From Eledone cirrhosa (lineage: Eukaryota): a stretch of 64,000 bases of DNA. Where the stretch lies: contig OZ024743.1 in assembly GCA_964016885.1 (NCBI GenBank), positions 105,772,001-105,836,000 on the forward strand, given 5' to 3'. Positions 15,791-30,070 of the stretch are shown here, one piece after another (the first letter of the stretch is position 1; the number at the start of each line of letters is the position of its first letter). Both the position numbers and the translations under genes were made by a program. The notes under the pieces are model-generated. The model was given only the letters and a program-made list of their open reading frames with translations, had not been told where the DNA came from and ran no database searches.

Positions 15791-15971
15791 GAGGAACCCA
15801 GTCTCACAAAGCAAGAACAATAGATGATGTTGATCGATAGCTTAGGTATCTACATTTTTTTGTATTTTGTCCACATAACTTTCTAACATTTCAGCTTCTG
15901 TTTTGTAATTTTTTGGCATGCAGAGCGCTAATTATAAATATGTTCTAACCATCACCTTTCTGTATTTTAAG

Positions 15972-16109
15972 ATTGTCATGACAGAGATGAAAGATTATTT
16001 ACGCTTTAAAAAGGAAAATGATGAAAACGTTTCTTTCATTTCAACTAGAATATTGTTAATGCTTACCTATCAGATCATCGCGGGCATCGAATATATAGAA
16101 TCTTTAGGA
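15972..16109 (+). pseudogene. Tyrosine-kinase domain exon remnant (subdomains V-VIa)
   Basis: After acceptor tttctgtattttaag it reads ...KDYLRFKKENDENVSFISTRILLMLTYQIIAGIEYIESLG, matching the TK pattern L..yL...l...a.QIa.Gm.Yles. No splice donor follows; the sequence runs into a SINE. Confidence 0.6.
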
Positions 16110-16225
16110 CATCAGATAAATTGCTGTATATTATTCGTACAGGCTCTCTGCTCTCTGAGTTCAAATCCTGCTTTGACTTTCATCCTTTCCACGTCGAGAA
16201 AAAAATACACCAGTCCAGTACAGGA
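16097..16225 (+). mobile_element. 5'-truncated tRNA-SINE fused to the kinase exon
   Basis: ctgagttcaaatcc...tttgactttcatcc...ccagt; its start aligns with tagtatcgttagaacatcggacaa of the copy at about 13393. Confidence 0.7.
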
Positions 16226-16443
16226 TATTCTTTTCCTGTATATCTTTCTCACTTCGTCTCTCTTTCTTCTCTCCACCTCTAACTCTCTAACTCGGAAGCT
16301 CTCTATCCCTCTCTTATTTTCCTTCATTGGAAGAAATCAGCTGTGTTCAGAGATCGAGATTGTAAGTTATGCGTTAGTTCTGAAGTGCTCAAAACATACC
16401 ATATATCATAACAACGCCCCTATGACTCCCCAAGGATTTACGC

Positions 16444-16501
<58 letters not shown>

Positions 16502-16505
<4 letters not shown>

Positions 16506-19096
16506 TAAAAGAGAAAACACAGGTAAGCATTAAGAGAAGGATTTTATCCAGGTATTTACGACCGTTTCATTGGTAAGTGCAACCTTATATTGCTATACTG
16601 CAAATAGCAACCACTCAATTATAATTGTTGTTCACAGTCCAAATTTTCAAAATAGTGAGTAAGTTACTCTTGAAATTATTATTAATATATAGAGAAAAAC
16701 ATTTATTTGGAATTGTATTTACTAGTATAGAGAGAGAGAGGAATCAGAAGGTGAGAGGACAAACGGAATAGTATAGAGAGAGAGAGGAAGGGGGAGGAGG
16801 TAGGAAGTAGAATGACAAACTGAGATGGTGGAAGAGGTAGAGGTGGAAGGATTCCTTGGTCAGTTTTGATAGCAGACTTCATGTCGTGGAATGTAGTGAG
16901 TTAAAGAGAATTAAATTGATCATAGTGGGAGGGATGGATAGAGAGAGAGAGAGAGTGAGAGAGAGAGAGGGCGGAGATATAAAGAGATAAATATATATAT
17001 ATATATAAAATAAAGATAAAGATAGTAATGACAAAAATAAAAGCAAAGAAGGAGGTGAGAAAGAAGAAAAGAAAAGATAGCCAAGATGGGGATGGAGGGA
17101 AGGAAGAAAACGAAGAAATAGAAGAGGAATGAGGGAGAAGAGGGGCATATATGTATTGGTTTTGTGGGTAATTAAAAGGGTTTAGGTACAACAAGAGGTT
17201 ATAAAGTCTAAGTATATGCAGTTTGTCAGTTGGTAGTAAGAGGTTAAGGGTTCGATTTGTAGTGCAAAAACTTCTCTTTCAGTCTATGGTTACATTGAGT
17301 CGATTTTATTGTTGAGTAACTTATTCTTCGAACTCAAGATGTGGAACAACACAAGGTCGCATAATCGACAGCTTCTCATACCACTCCGATATGGGGGCGC
17401 GTTCAATAATGTTTCCACTTCAGGGTGTATTGATGGTTACTTTCCCTCAGTTGCCAGGTCTTGTTTGCAAGGGTAGTTACATAACGATGCTGAGAATGTT
17501 TCATTGCGTAACGGTGTGTATACCAACGGGCTTTAAATGTATTCGCAGTCGCTCCGATGTAATACCATTTCTGATTGTCTGATTCCACTGTGTATTGGTA
17601 AACCAGGTTAGACTGCATACATTCATTATGTAATGGACAGGTTTCAGGTAGGTGGCAGTTACAATTCTTGTCATGGGCAACTTTGGCATTATTGGTGGGC
17701 TGCGATGCCTGTACAAGTGAGTTACGTTTTGTTTGCCTATTAGCGGGTGGTTGTGTATTAGATATTCTGTTGTGTTCGGTGGTGATTGTATTGTTATTGT
17801 TGTAAATTTGTGTTTTGGTGTTGTTATGTATCTTTTTAGCGTTAAGCATCTTAATGTGTGCCTCTATATTTGGTGCTGTGGAGTAAGATAGTCTAATAGA
17901 TTTAGTGTTAAGGATTTTGCTGTATCTATGTGAATCTGGAAAGTGCTTATTTATTATTCTAAAGAAGGTAGAGGGTAGGTTAGTACTAATAGAGGTGTTA
18001 AATATGGGGTTATACCAATTATATTTTCTACTGCGTGACTTGTTTCATTTCGATGTTGTATTTCTATTTGCCGTATACTTTGCAGTTCTATGCGTAAGTG
18101 CGTGTGTGCGAGTGTTACCGGAGTTTTTGTTATGCGTGTTCGTGTGCGCTTCACGGAGGTTTTCATTTATATATCGAAAGATCAATATATTGTAACCATA
18201 GACTGAAAGAGAAGTTTTCGCACTACAAATCGAACCCTTAACCTCTTACTACCAACTGAAAAACTGCATATACTTAGACTTTATACCCTCTTGTTGTACC
18301 TAAACCCTTTTAATTACGCACGAAACCAAAACACATATCCCCCTCTTCTCCCTCATTCCTCCTCTATTTCTTCGTTTTTTCCTTCCTTCCATCCCCTTCT
18401 TGGCTATCTTTTCTTTTCTTCTTTCTCACCTCCTTCTTTGCTTTTATTTGTGTCATTATTATCTTTATCTTTATTTTTTATATATATATATATGTATCTC
18501 TTTATATCTCCGCCCTCTCTCTCTCCCTCTCTATCCCTCCCTCCCACTATGATCAATTTAATTCTCTTTAACTCACTACATTCCACGACATGAAGTCTGC
18601 TATCAAAACTGACCAAGGAATCCTTCCACCTCTACCCCTCCCTCCATCTCAGTTTGTCACTCTACTTCCTACCTCCTCCCCCTTCCTCTCTCTCTCTATA
18701 CTATTCCGTTTGTCCTCTCACCTTCTGATTCCTCTCTCTCTATACTAGTAAATATAATTCCAAATAAATGTTTTTCTCTATATATTAATAATAATGTCAA
18801 GAGTAACTTACCCACTATTTTGAAAATTTGGACTGTGAACAACAATTATAATAGAGTGGCTGCAATTTGCAGTATAGCAATATAAGTTTTCATCTTACCA
18901 ATGAAACGGTCGTAAATACCTGAATAAAATCCTTCTCTTAATGCTTACCTGTGTTTTCTCTTTTATACTTTATACTCCAAGATTGAACGGAATTCTTACA
19001 AACTCGTGGAGTTACCCCTAAGCGTACATTGAAACCATCCATGAAACTGGGTTTCTTAACGAAGAACTGGATAACTATAAGCAATTGTTTGCTGCT

Positions 19097-19102
<6 letters not shown>
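16502..19102 (-). mobile_element. Naiad-like Penelope element, 5'-truncated, with inverted duplicated 3' end (arms 16502..17294 and 18191..18969)
   Basis: Minus-strand CNCHLPETCPLHNEC, GIY-YIG VYQYTV...YYIGAT..FKARW, CRLC. The roughly 790-bp arms are reverse complements. Flanked by (TA)n on both sides. Confidence 0.9.
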
Positions 19103-19129
<27 letters not shown>

Positions 19130-19152
19130 GGAGGGTGCTATCTATCTATCTA

Positions 19153-20200
<1,048 letters not shown>

Positions 20201-20675
20201 CACGTGCATTGAGATGAAAATCCCTTCATATGATTTTGGGTATTAATTTTCCACGACATCGCATGTTTATGCATTATCCGACTCAGTTTCCAACATTTAT
20301 GATATCCTGTTATACATTTGAGTTTTATCTCGGTGACTGTATAAACTATTTCTCTTGGCATCAACTTGTAACGCTTTGCCTTTGGAAGTTAAGACGCCTC
20401 GCTTTGCTCACGTTAATTTTATACACAGCTATGCCACAAGAGTGATAGACCAATTTTCTTCTTATGCAAACATGTAATTCCTCTTTTGATAAATTTTGTT
20501 TGAAATTCCATCCGTTGCTCTTTTGAAAATTACATTCTAACATGAGATGAATCAGCTTTAAATTATAATATATTGTTAAAAATATAATTCAAAGAATGAT
20601 ACTTGTATATTTCCAAACATAACATATTCTAAAAAAAAAATAAATAAATAAAAATAAAATAATAATAATAATAAT

Positions 20676-23600
20676 GATTTCATGTATTAGCCACAAGGGC
20701 CGACATGTAGGGGACAATACAAAGACAGGGACAGTGGGGATTTACAATAAGGTCGAGTAAAAGTGCACAATGGCAAGACTAATTTAACAATGAAAATATA
20801 AAAATATAAAATAAACTATGCATAAATATAACAAAATAAATTCCCCGATAGGGGTGTACAACCCTGGGGTGCTTAAGGTACCCCACCAATCCTGAACCAC
20901 CCTGCGCTTCTAGGGCACCCAGGAGAGCACCCCTCTCCTCAAGTTAGCCAGCCTATAGGCGCATGGTGAGAGTAGGCCCATTCACACGAGCCATTCTCGC
21001 CACATTCACCCACCTTTTAGCAAATGTACTGGGGGGCAGCACTTCTCTCTCCACCCTCACCCTCCTTTCCAGGTGAAACTTGAAGAAGTTGATGAGGGAT
21101 TGGCCGAAGAGAAAAGTGTCTGTCTTTAGTCCTTTGAACCTGGGTCCACCATATAATCTCTTTCGCAACTGCCACCAGACAGAGGAAAATTTCCTGTTCT
21201 TCCTGACCTAAGGTGGCGGCTCGATCTTCACTATGGACTCGGCCGATAGCCAAATTCGTTCCACACGCGACAGTAGCTGTTCGACATAACTCCACAAGTC
21301 AGTAATGCACGGACATTGGACAAGTGCGTGCAGATCGGTTTCGTCGTTCTGTGCGCATCTTGGGCAGGTCCGTCTGACAGCACTTCCGTGCCTGTAGAGT
21401 TTATCCCGAACCGGCAGTGCCTCCCGGTAGCACTGCCAAGCGAGGGATTTCTGGAAATTGTCCATCGTCCTCGGCTCAAAAGTCCTCCGGTACAGACTGG
21501 TCAGTTCGACTTCGTCGAGGCCCAAAGCTTCTCCGAGTGCGTCATCGCACTTGCCCACCACTAATCCTCTATAGAACTCGAGAGTGGAAGTTCCACTGAT
21601 CGCATTGCCCGCTTGGTAGAGGGCAGTGAGTGCCTGGCAACATTCCAGGTGCCAGTCACCCAGTCTCGGTCTCTTCTTGACCCAGGATTGCAGCTCAGTC
21701 AAAGAAATGAGCTGCGGAAAGGCCCGTCTGATAAACGGCGACCACACCTGTTCACCATTGAGGCAGAATATCTGGAGATGTCGCAGCCTCAACGCATGTC
21801 TGCGCATCATTAGCCACGGCATGCCCAGCCCTCCGCGTAGAGGGTGCTGGCAGCAGATGGACCGCCTCACCAACGGAACTTGTCCCCTCCACAAGAATTT
21901 GAAGAGGAGCCGTTCCAACTTCACGAGGCGCGGACGGGGGCAAGGCACGACGGTTAGGCGGTAGTAGATGACGGACGCGATGTACGCATTCGCCACCTCT
22001 GCGCGACCTTTCAGTGATAGCTTCCTCCCAGCCCATTTTGGGGTGAGACTGGCTACTCTGCTCGTTACCTCGTCCCAATTCTTTTCCACCTGGAGGTCTG
22101 GTCCGAACCAAACCCCAAGCAACTTTACCGGTCCGTCCGTCCAGCGCCCCACGACGCTGTTGGACGGCATGGGCTTGCCTCTCCAGGTTCCGAGCTGCAA
22201 GCCCACCGACTTTTCCGGGTTAAGTTTGGCTCCTGTCAACCATTCATATTCCTTCAATAAGGTGCCGACCACCTCGATTTCTGAGGTGTTCGACACTATC
22301 ACGGTGATGTCGTCTGCATAAGCCGACACCGCCTTTCCATGTCCCGGTTCGAGCGGGATGCCCTGCAACAGCTCCAGCTTCCGCAGTAAAGGCTCGAGAG
22401 TCAATACGTACAGAAGGGAAGAGAGAGGGCACCCTTGACGGACCGATCGGGAGAGCCGAAATGGTTCCGAGAGGTGGCCATTAACCTTGACCACCGAGCG
22501 TGTGCCGCTGTGCATTGCAACGATCCAGCTTCTAAAGACAGGGCCGAAGCCAGCTGCTTTGAGGACAAACTCCAAATACCGATGGTCGACCCTATCGAAT
22601 GCTTTCGATTGATCTAAATTGATCAGTGCCCCACCGAAGCCAGGTTTACACCCTACCCTCTCTATGATGTATCGCATGAGGTGGAGATTGTCGTGTATGG
22701 ACCTGGCTGGGATTGCGCAAGTTTGCGCCTCCCCAACCAAATCCTCGACGACAAGCGCCAATCTCTTTGCTAACACCTTGGCCAAAATCTTAAGCTCTGT
22801 GTTGAGCAGAGTTATGGGCCTGAAGTTGTCTAATGTATCCCTCTTGTTCTCGTCTTTCCTTATCAGCGTCAGCACTCCCCTGCTCACAGAACTGGGAATA
22901 CTCCCATTCTGCTGCCAGTTGCAGTATAGTGTTTCGAGGAGTGCGGAGAACAAGTCTGGCATATTTACGTAAAGCACGTAGGGAAGGCCATCCAAACCGG
23001 GTGACTTGCGCCTCATGAAGCCGACAAGGGCATCCTGAATTTTGGCTGAAGTAATCGGCCTTTCGCAGCGCTCAGCGCCGACCGTCGAGATGCGCGTCAA
23101 GCCGTCAGGTAGGGACTGAAATCCGCTACTCTCTCTGACTCGCCACTCTCCCTGAACAACCGAGCAAAGTGCTGGCGAAAGGCCTCTCACATCCGCTTGG
23201 AATCGCTTATCGGGCCGCCAAAGACCGAATTGTGGTTTTATTACCACGCTGCGCCTCCACCACGCGGGCCCATCGAACAGCTTTAGTTCCCTCGTTTCTC
23301 AGCGCACGCGCCTTAGCTCTGACTATGCAACCTTCGTGTTTGGCATTGAAGAAATGGTCTAATGCCATTCTCGCCGCTAGAACGTCAGTTGCGATGCCAC
23401 TACAAATAGCCTCGTCTAACTTATCTACCAGCTCCCCCTCCTTTCTATTTTTCTCTAACGCTAGTTCTTTGCTGAACTCTATCGAAGTTACTCTAATCTC
23501 TCTTTTGAGAGCCCCCCACCATCTGTTGATGATCCCCCTGTCAATTTTTGCTTAACTAAATTGTTGACTCGGTCCCTGTAAGCCTTATGTGCCGGAAATG

Positions 23601-25300
23601 ACATGTTCAGCTTCCAGTAACCCGGTCCTAACCTACGCGTTTTATTTAGGTCGACCGTACAGATCACAAATTTGTGATCTGAATAGGCGACCGTTTTAAA
23701 AAGTGGACAGCCCACACCATTTCTATCTATTTTCCTAATGAAGATCCTGTTTATATACGATCTAGATGACCCCATTCGGTTGGTCCACGTCCATACTGGC
23801 ATATTGGGGAAATCTAGTCGATACGTGTCAGACAGTTGGAACTGGCTGAGTAGGTGCTTGAGGCTTTTGCAACCCCCGCTCCTATCGGTTACTCCCACAC
23901 AATCCCAGCGTGCGTCTAAGATGCCATTCCAGTCCCCCGCTAACAGAATAGGGCGAGACGTACCCATAAAGGTCTCCAGGTGCCTAAAGAAGTCAGGTCG
24001 TCCGGCCCCTGTAGGGGCGTAGACGGCCAGCAGTCTAAAGGCACCACCTTCGCTACTGCTCACATCCAAGACCACCAACTTACCGTCCGGGTCCCGGAAG
24101 ATCGACCTTACCTCGAGATCCAGTCCTTTCCTAAACAGCACTGCCACCCCACCCCCCATTCCCGGCCTGCTAACAGATGCGAAGATCTGATAGTCGTCGA
24201 AAATGGGGGCTAGTGCGCGCGTGTCGGAAATTCTGGTCTCGCTTACGGCAATCACATCCATTTCCAGCGACCGGAGGTCGTTGAGCAGGCGACCCTGCTT
24301 CCAGGGTGACCCCAGGCCGCGAACATTTAAACTTCCTACTCTTAATATGGCCATATTGGTAAGCTAAGAGAGAGAGAGGGAAGGTTTACTTACCCCCCGG
24401 GTCTTGTGAAGGTCGGGTGGTTCGACCTCCATGGTTGGTGGGGTTTCTTTTGGGAACCCCTTTAAAAGTCTTGATGTGGGTTTCACATTCGGGGTTCCCA
24501 CGTCTTGAGGAAAGCTCTCTCGAATTTCTTTAAAGGAATTGAGTGACATTCGGACCAGAAGCAAAACTTCTGGCACGCAAAATGTGCTAATTTCAAAAAT
24601 CTCCCCCTCTGTTTGAATGTCCTCGCTTCGCGCTAAGAGGGCCATCAGTTTATCGTTTGCCCTTCTGACAAGCACGAAGTTTTTAACATTTTGTTGGTGT
24701 GGTTTTATTTGTTTTTTTTTTTGGTGAAGGTGGTGGCGATGGTTTTGGTGGTGTTGTTTCGGGTATGTCTATGTTTGTTGCAGGTGTGGTTCTGCAATTT
24801 CAGGTATTTGTGTGTTTATTTGTACTTGTGTTTGTTTAGGTTGTTTGCGTTTCGGGGATTGTGGAGGTGGTGTCGATGTAGCTGTTGGTGATGATGTTAT
24901 TGGGGAAGTGTTTGCGTTAGTGGTGTCTGTATTTTTTGTTGTGTGTTTTCGTGTTTTGTGGGGGCTTTTTTTTTGTGAGTTTTCTCTGTTTTTTTTGCAC
25001 TTTGGGGTTTTCCTTCATCTTCGCTGCTGGAAGACAAAGGGGCTGTGTCTTTGAGTATCTCTGTGTCTGTGTGTGCGTTTATTGTTTTGTCTATGTGTAT
25101 AATTGGGGCGGTAGGGGGAGTGGGAGAGCTTTCCTCGTTTTCTCCTTGGATCGGTTTTGGCGTTGGTGGTGATCCGGCTGCTTTTGATGTTGGTGTCCGT
25201 GTTTTTGTTGATGTTGTTTTGGGTGGTGGTGGTGGTGCAGCTTTCCGTGCTGACACTGGCGTTGGCAACAAAGGAGGTTTGCGACCCCCTGCATTTTTGC
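20676..25300 (-). mobile_element. Near-complete L1/Tx1-clade LINE (partial ORF1, ORF2, 3' UTR)
   Basis: ORF1 C-terminal part at 24364-25300; ORF2 from ATG 24354 to 20953 in several frames. The 3' end abuts a TAA/TTA tract at 20641-20675. Confidence 0.95.
20953..24354 (-). pseudogene. LINE ORF2 (APE endonuclease, RT, CCHC finger), broken by about 3 frameshifts
   Basis: SLNVRGL, SET, GDWN, SDHK; KSPGLDG, FRPITLLN, DQSKAFDRVDH, VRQGCPLS, AYADD; CPRC..ETDLHALVQC. Split across ORFs 23488..24354, 21208..23247 and 20953..21168. Confidence 0.92.
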
Positions 25301-25430
25301 GCTGAGCTCAAGCCGTCGAAACGGCTTGAGCTCTGCCATCGGGGTTAGACTTTTTCCTATTACCCACTCTACCACCCTAAGTATTGAGCACTCTGGTGCG
25401 TTATGGTCCATCTGGTTCATTACCACACTT
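25301..25430 (+). repeat. PLE 3'-terminal module, solo copy with 16-bp fold-back
   Basis: gaaacggcttgagctctgcc...acccactctaccaccctaagtattgag.actctggtgcgttatggtccatctggttc.ttaccac recurs at 25975-26085(+), 26403-26520(-) and 31720-31875(+), each ending at a TA-rich tract. Confidence 0.85.
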
Positions 25431-25447
25431 CCATCTTATACATATAC

Positions 25448-25546
<99 letters not shown>

Positions 25547-25675
25547 TTAGTTAAGCAAAACAAGATCACAAATTTCACAAGGAAGACATTATTAAAAGAT
25601 TGTCAACATATTTAGTTTGATGTAAGGAATGTAGAGAATAATAATAATAATAATATTAATAATAATAATATTGCT

Positions 25676-25797
25676 CGTTTACAATTGTTTCGCTACTCTG
25701 TAAACTATTTCTGGATCAGATGACTATGTATCATAATTGATCTGGTTCAGTTGAAAATAATTAACATATTTAAAAAAACAGAGTGGCTCATCGGAAC
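25676..25797 (-). ncRNA. Minimal type-I hammerhead-like motif with long stem II
   Basis: GTT-CCGATGA-GCCACTCTG..(about 80 nt)..CAGAGTAGC-GAAAC-AATT-GTA-AAC: core, stem II, palindromic stem III and a 3-bp stem I. Confidence 0.65.
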
Positions 25798-25974
25798 TCA
25801 AAGGAATATAAATTAAGATAATGTTACATAATATAATGTTCCATATATTAGTTTTTACTATGGTGCTTTTGTTTCATCAGCTGTCAGCCATAATCAAGCA
25901 GTATTCATCTGTCGAGGCTGCATTGTGTGAGATCTGCCCATGGGTATATATATAGGGAAATGTTCAAGAACCCG

Positions 25975-26085
25975 ACAGCAGAGCTCGATCCGTTTCGATG
26001 GCTATTTCTACTACCCACTCTACTACCCTAAGTATTGAGTACTCTGGGGCGTTATCGTCCATTTGGTTCCTTAGCACACTTCGTT
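25975..26085 (+). repeat. PLE 3'-terminal module, diverged solo copy
   Basis: ctacccactctactaccctaagtattgagtactctggggcgttatcgtccatttggttccttagcac then (TA)n. Confidence 0.75.
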
Positions 26086-26256
26086 CGTTATATATATATA
26101 TATATATATATATACATTTAAACTTATATATACATTTATACTTATATATACATGTATACTTATATATACGCCAGTCCAATAAACTGTTGAGTGCTACTTA
26201 TCCGATATATGCATAGTTTTATTGTTCTACAATAAAGCTCACCTCCTACATTATAC

Positions 26257-26312
<56 letters not shown>

Positions 26313-26313
26313 A

Positions 26314-26394
<81 letters not shown>

Positions 26395-26402
26395 CAAAGG
26401 AA

Positions 26403-28837
26403 TTGTGGTAAGGAACCAGATGGACCATAACGCACCAGAGAACTCAATACTTAGGGTAGTAGAGTGGGAAATAGGAAAAAGTATGACCCCGACGGCAGAG
26501 CTCAAGCCGTTTCGACGGCTATTTCTGGACGAAATTAAATTTTTTAGCCTGGTGAATAAATAGCCGAACTTGTCAATGGGGTACATCCTTATATGGGAAG
26601 AGTTTAGTTGTCAAGAGGATTGGTTAAAATTTGTCGTAAACACAAATAAGTCTATCAGGGCATTTGGTGGCAGGTAGAGGTGGCTGAACTTGCCTGTAGA
26701 ACAATAGGGGAGTAGAAATTGAGTAGTACCAAAACTGATACAAAAATAAAAGGGGATTAACACGTCTGCTATAAGTAGTTAGTAAAACGTATTCGGCCAA
26801 TTCTATCTTAAAATTACAGGGGCGGGGGAACTGATTCTACAGAGGCCCGATGGGCTGCATCGGTGTAGGCGAAAGGGGAAAAGCAGACGATGAAGAAAAT
26901 AGGGGATGGAAGGAAGTGATAGGATGAGACAGGGGGAAGAAGACAATGGGGAAAAGAAAAGAAAAGATATACATCTACCTATGTAAGCTGGAGTTTCCTC
27001 TAACTTATTCGGCAAGTGGGGTGGGGGTATCTACCCTTGTCTACCCACCGGGTCGTTATGGGGTTTAAGGGCGAGGTAAGTCATACGCAATCTGTGTTTG
27101 CATGCGGTTACCATTTCGTCTTTCTTGTTTAGGAGTTGGTCCTTCGTAAACAACTAATCAATTTCTTCTGGGACTGGGGATTTAAGATCACCCTACAAAC
27201 GTCCCTAACCCGAGTCCATTTCCTGGACGTTACCCTTAACCTCGAAATTGACCTGTACTACCCATACAGGAAACCAAACGACAACCTGCACTACATCCAC
27301 TGCCGCTCTAACCATCCTAGAAAGATCACCAATAATGTGGTTAAAAACATCTCCCTCCGCATATCTCGTTTGTAAGCTAATGAGCAGATTTTCGACGAAC
27401 ACGCGCCTCATTACAACCAGGCCCTCAAGTGGGGTGGCTTCCGGAAGGAAATATCCATTTATCCAGCTTCCCTTAGCGGAACCAGCAGGCGACACCGCCG
27501 CTCGTGCAACGTAACGTGGTTCAATCCTCCCCACAATGCCGAGGTGGCAACACCTATCGGGAAAATCTTCTTTAGACTCCTCGAAAAACACTTCCCACTA
27601 CAACACCGCTACCACAACATAATCAACAAAAACACCATCAGACTCTCCTACAGCACCACACCTAACTTCGCACAAAACATCGTCTCCTCAAACAATGGAA
27701 GAAATAACCTAGACATCAGTGGAGAGCCGACCAGGAGGTGTAAATGGCCTGATAGAAATACGTGCCCCCTCAACAACAAAGGCCGAGAACGTACGTGATC
27801 TACCAGTGCAACGTGAGGACGGACACCTCCAACAAAGCCTATATAGGATTAACCGCGTGTGACTTCAAGACCCGGCTCTACCAACAACGACATACTTTCC
27901 GAAACCCGGTCCGGCGACATGCCACTAGACTTTCGGGCTACATCTGTGACCTCCAAGATAATAATAGAACCTACAATCTCACTTGGAGCTTACTGTCAAG
28001 AGTTAACTCTTACACGGGAGGACGCTGTCCGTGTAACTTATGCTCGGAGGAAACATTACAAATGGTGTTTTCGAAGGACCAACTCCTAAACAAGAAAGAC
28101 GAAATGGTAACCGCATGCAAACACAGATTGGGTAGCACTTACCTTGCCCTTAAACCCCATAACGACCCGGGTGGGTAGACAAGGGTAGATACACCCCACC
28201 CCACATGCCGAATAAGTTAGGGGAAACCCCAGCTTACATAGGTAGGTGTATCAGTTCCCCCCACCCCCTGTAATTTTAAGATAGAATTGGCCGAATACGT
28301 TTTACTAACTACTTATAGCAGACGTGTTAATCCACTTTTATTTTTATATCAGTTTTGGTACTACTCAATTTCTACAAGTTTTTTCTATTCTCAACTTATT
28401 AACCTGTAATTGTAAGATAGCATTGTGATTTTTTTATTCATTTCTCACTATCTAATTTTATATATTTTTTTATTTCTTTCTATTATCTTTTATTGTCTCC
28501 TACTCTCATTCGATTTACCTATTCTATAACCTTCCTCCTCCATTTCATACACTATCCTTAGAATCTGCTGTATACATATCAATTTCAACGCTTGACCGCT
28601 GCACTCACTCCCCTATTGTTCTACAGGCAAGTTCAGCCACACCTCCCACCAAATGCCATGATAGACTTATTTGTGTTTACAACAAATTTTAACCAATCCT
28701 CTTGACAACTGCAATCTTCCCATATAAGGAAGTACTCCCTTGACAAGTTCGGCTATTTATTCACCAGGCTAAAAATTCTAATTTAGTCCAGAAATAGCCG
28801 CCGAAACGGCTTGAGCTCTGCCGCCGGGGCCATACTT
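26403..28837 (+). mobile_element. Naiad-like Penelope element, 5'-truncated, with inverted duplicated 3' end (arms about 26478..27146 and 28072..28837)
   Basis: HFLDVTLNL, YRKP, YIHCRSNHP, TWFNPP, IRLSYS, VIYQC...AYIGLT..FKTR, CNLC, LLNKKDEM..CKH (ORFs 27136-28178, with a stop and a frameshift). The left arm is the reverse complement of the 3' region. Confidence 0.92.
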
Positions 28838-28914
28838 ATACACACACACACATATATATATATACGATATTAACAAATGGAAACTATATTTATAAAACCA
28901 TGTTTATTTCATTA

Positions 28915-28965
28915 TACATATTTCAAGGACACCAAGTTAAATTATGGTGTGCTTTCATCAGATAA
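28915..28965 (-). ncRNA. Minimal hammerhead-like motif
   Basis: CTGATGA-AAGCACACCA-loop-TGGTGTCCTT-GAAAT; a related copy CTGACGA...GAAAT lies at 38073-38115(-). Confidence 0.6.
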
Positions 28966-29880
28966 AATATAATATAGACCAGTTTTATAAATAAATATTG
29001 ACATACCCTTAAAGAATGCAACCATTACTGTTGGAAGCTCCGGATGTTCACCAAAGGAGAAGAAAATAACCATCTGTGTTTATAAAATGCAACACGAAGT
29101 TCGAATCATTCACAGATTTGCATTTGTTTGTAAATATTTGCTTTGTAAACATTTATTCCCTGTGATTGTTTCACGTATTTATTTTATATATATATATGTC
29201 AATCTATTTCTAGTATATATATATGTATGTATGTTTGTATATATATGTATTGAGTTTACCAATATAGATCCTGGTAGAGACATGAGAAGCTCTATATATT
29301 TTTAAACGATATATACGTGGATATATCAATTGAGAAACAAGCTAGTATTTTGTACATATATGTAGACTGCAAATGATATGTAGATTTAGATACAAATTTA
29401 AGAACATATCGTTAGGTGTTAGGATATTGGTGTAATTACAGCATTATCACGTTCTGAAATACATCAAACCTTCATTACCTTACAAATTTGTTCTGGCAAA
29501 CAACCACGCTGACACACAGACACACGCGCATGCAGACCACTTCTTCTAAACGTTGAAGCACTATTCAATGATTATTTGTCTTTCAAAAACCTTCTTAAAT
29601 CCAAGATATATTCTGAGGTGCACTCCTCCTAATTAGCTGTTTCAATAGTCATAGTTTCCACCTTAAACATCTTTTTTCCTCTCCGTTTATGTTTCTTCCT
29701 GCATCTCCCATTCTGTCATCTGATGATGGACTAAGGTCCTTAACGATAAAGCTCTTTTCCTAATGTACGAAGCATTAAACTTATATACATATATTTAGGG
29801 TACTGAAACGTTCCTCTCGGCTGCTTTGCCTCGTGGTCATACACACACATACATAAAGAACATCCGTCACTTAAAAACAT

Positions 29881-29966
<86 letters not shown>

Positions 29967-29971
29967 GTATA

Positions 29972-30002
<31 letters not shown>

Positions 30003-30034
30003 AAAAAAATATATATATATATACACACGCACAC

Positions 30035-30070
<36 letters not shown>

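Noticed and set aside
28376-28608. Arm-specific gap as a spliced intron (minus strand starts GTGAGT)
   Set aside because: The gap ends ...AACTT, 4 nt short of the nearby AG; it fits a GT microhomology deletion.
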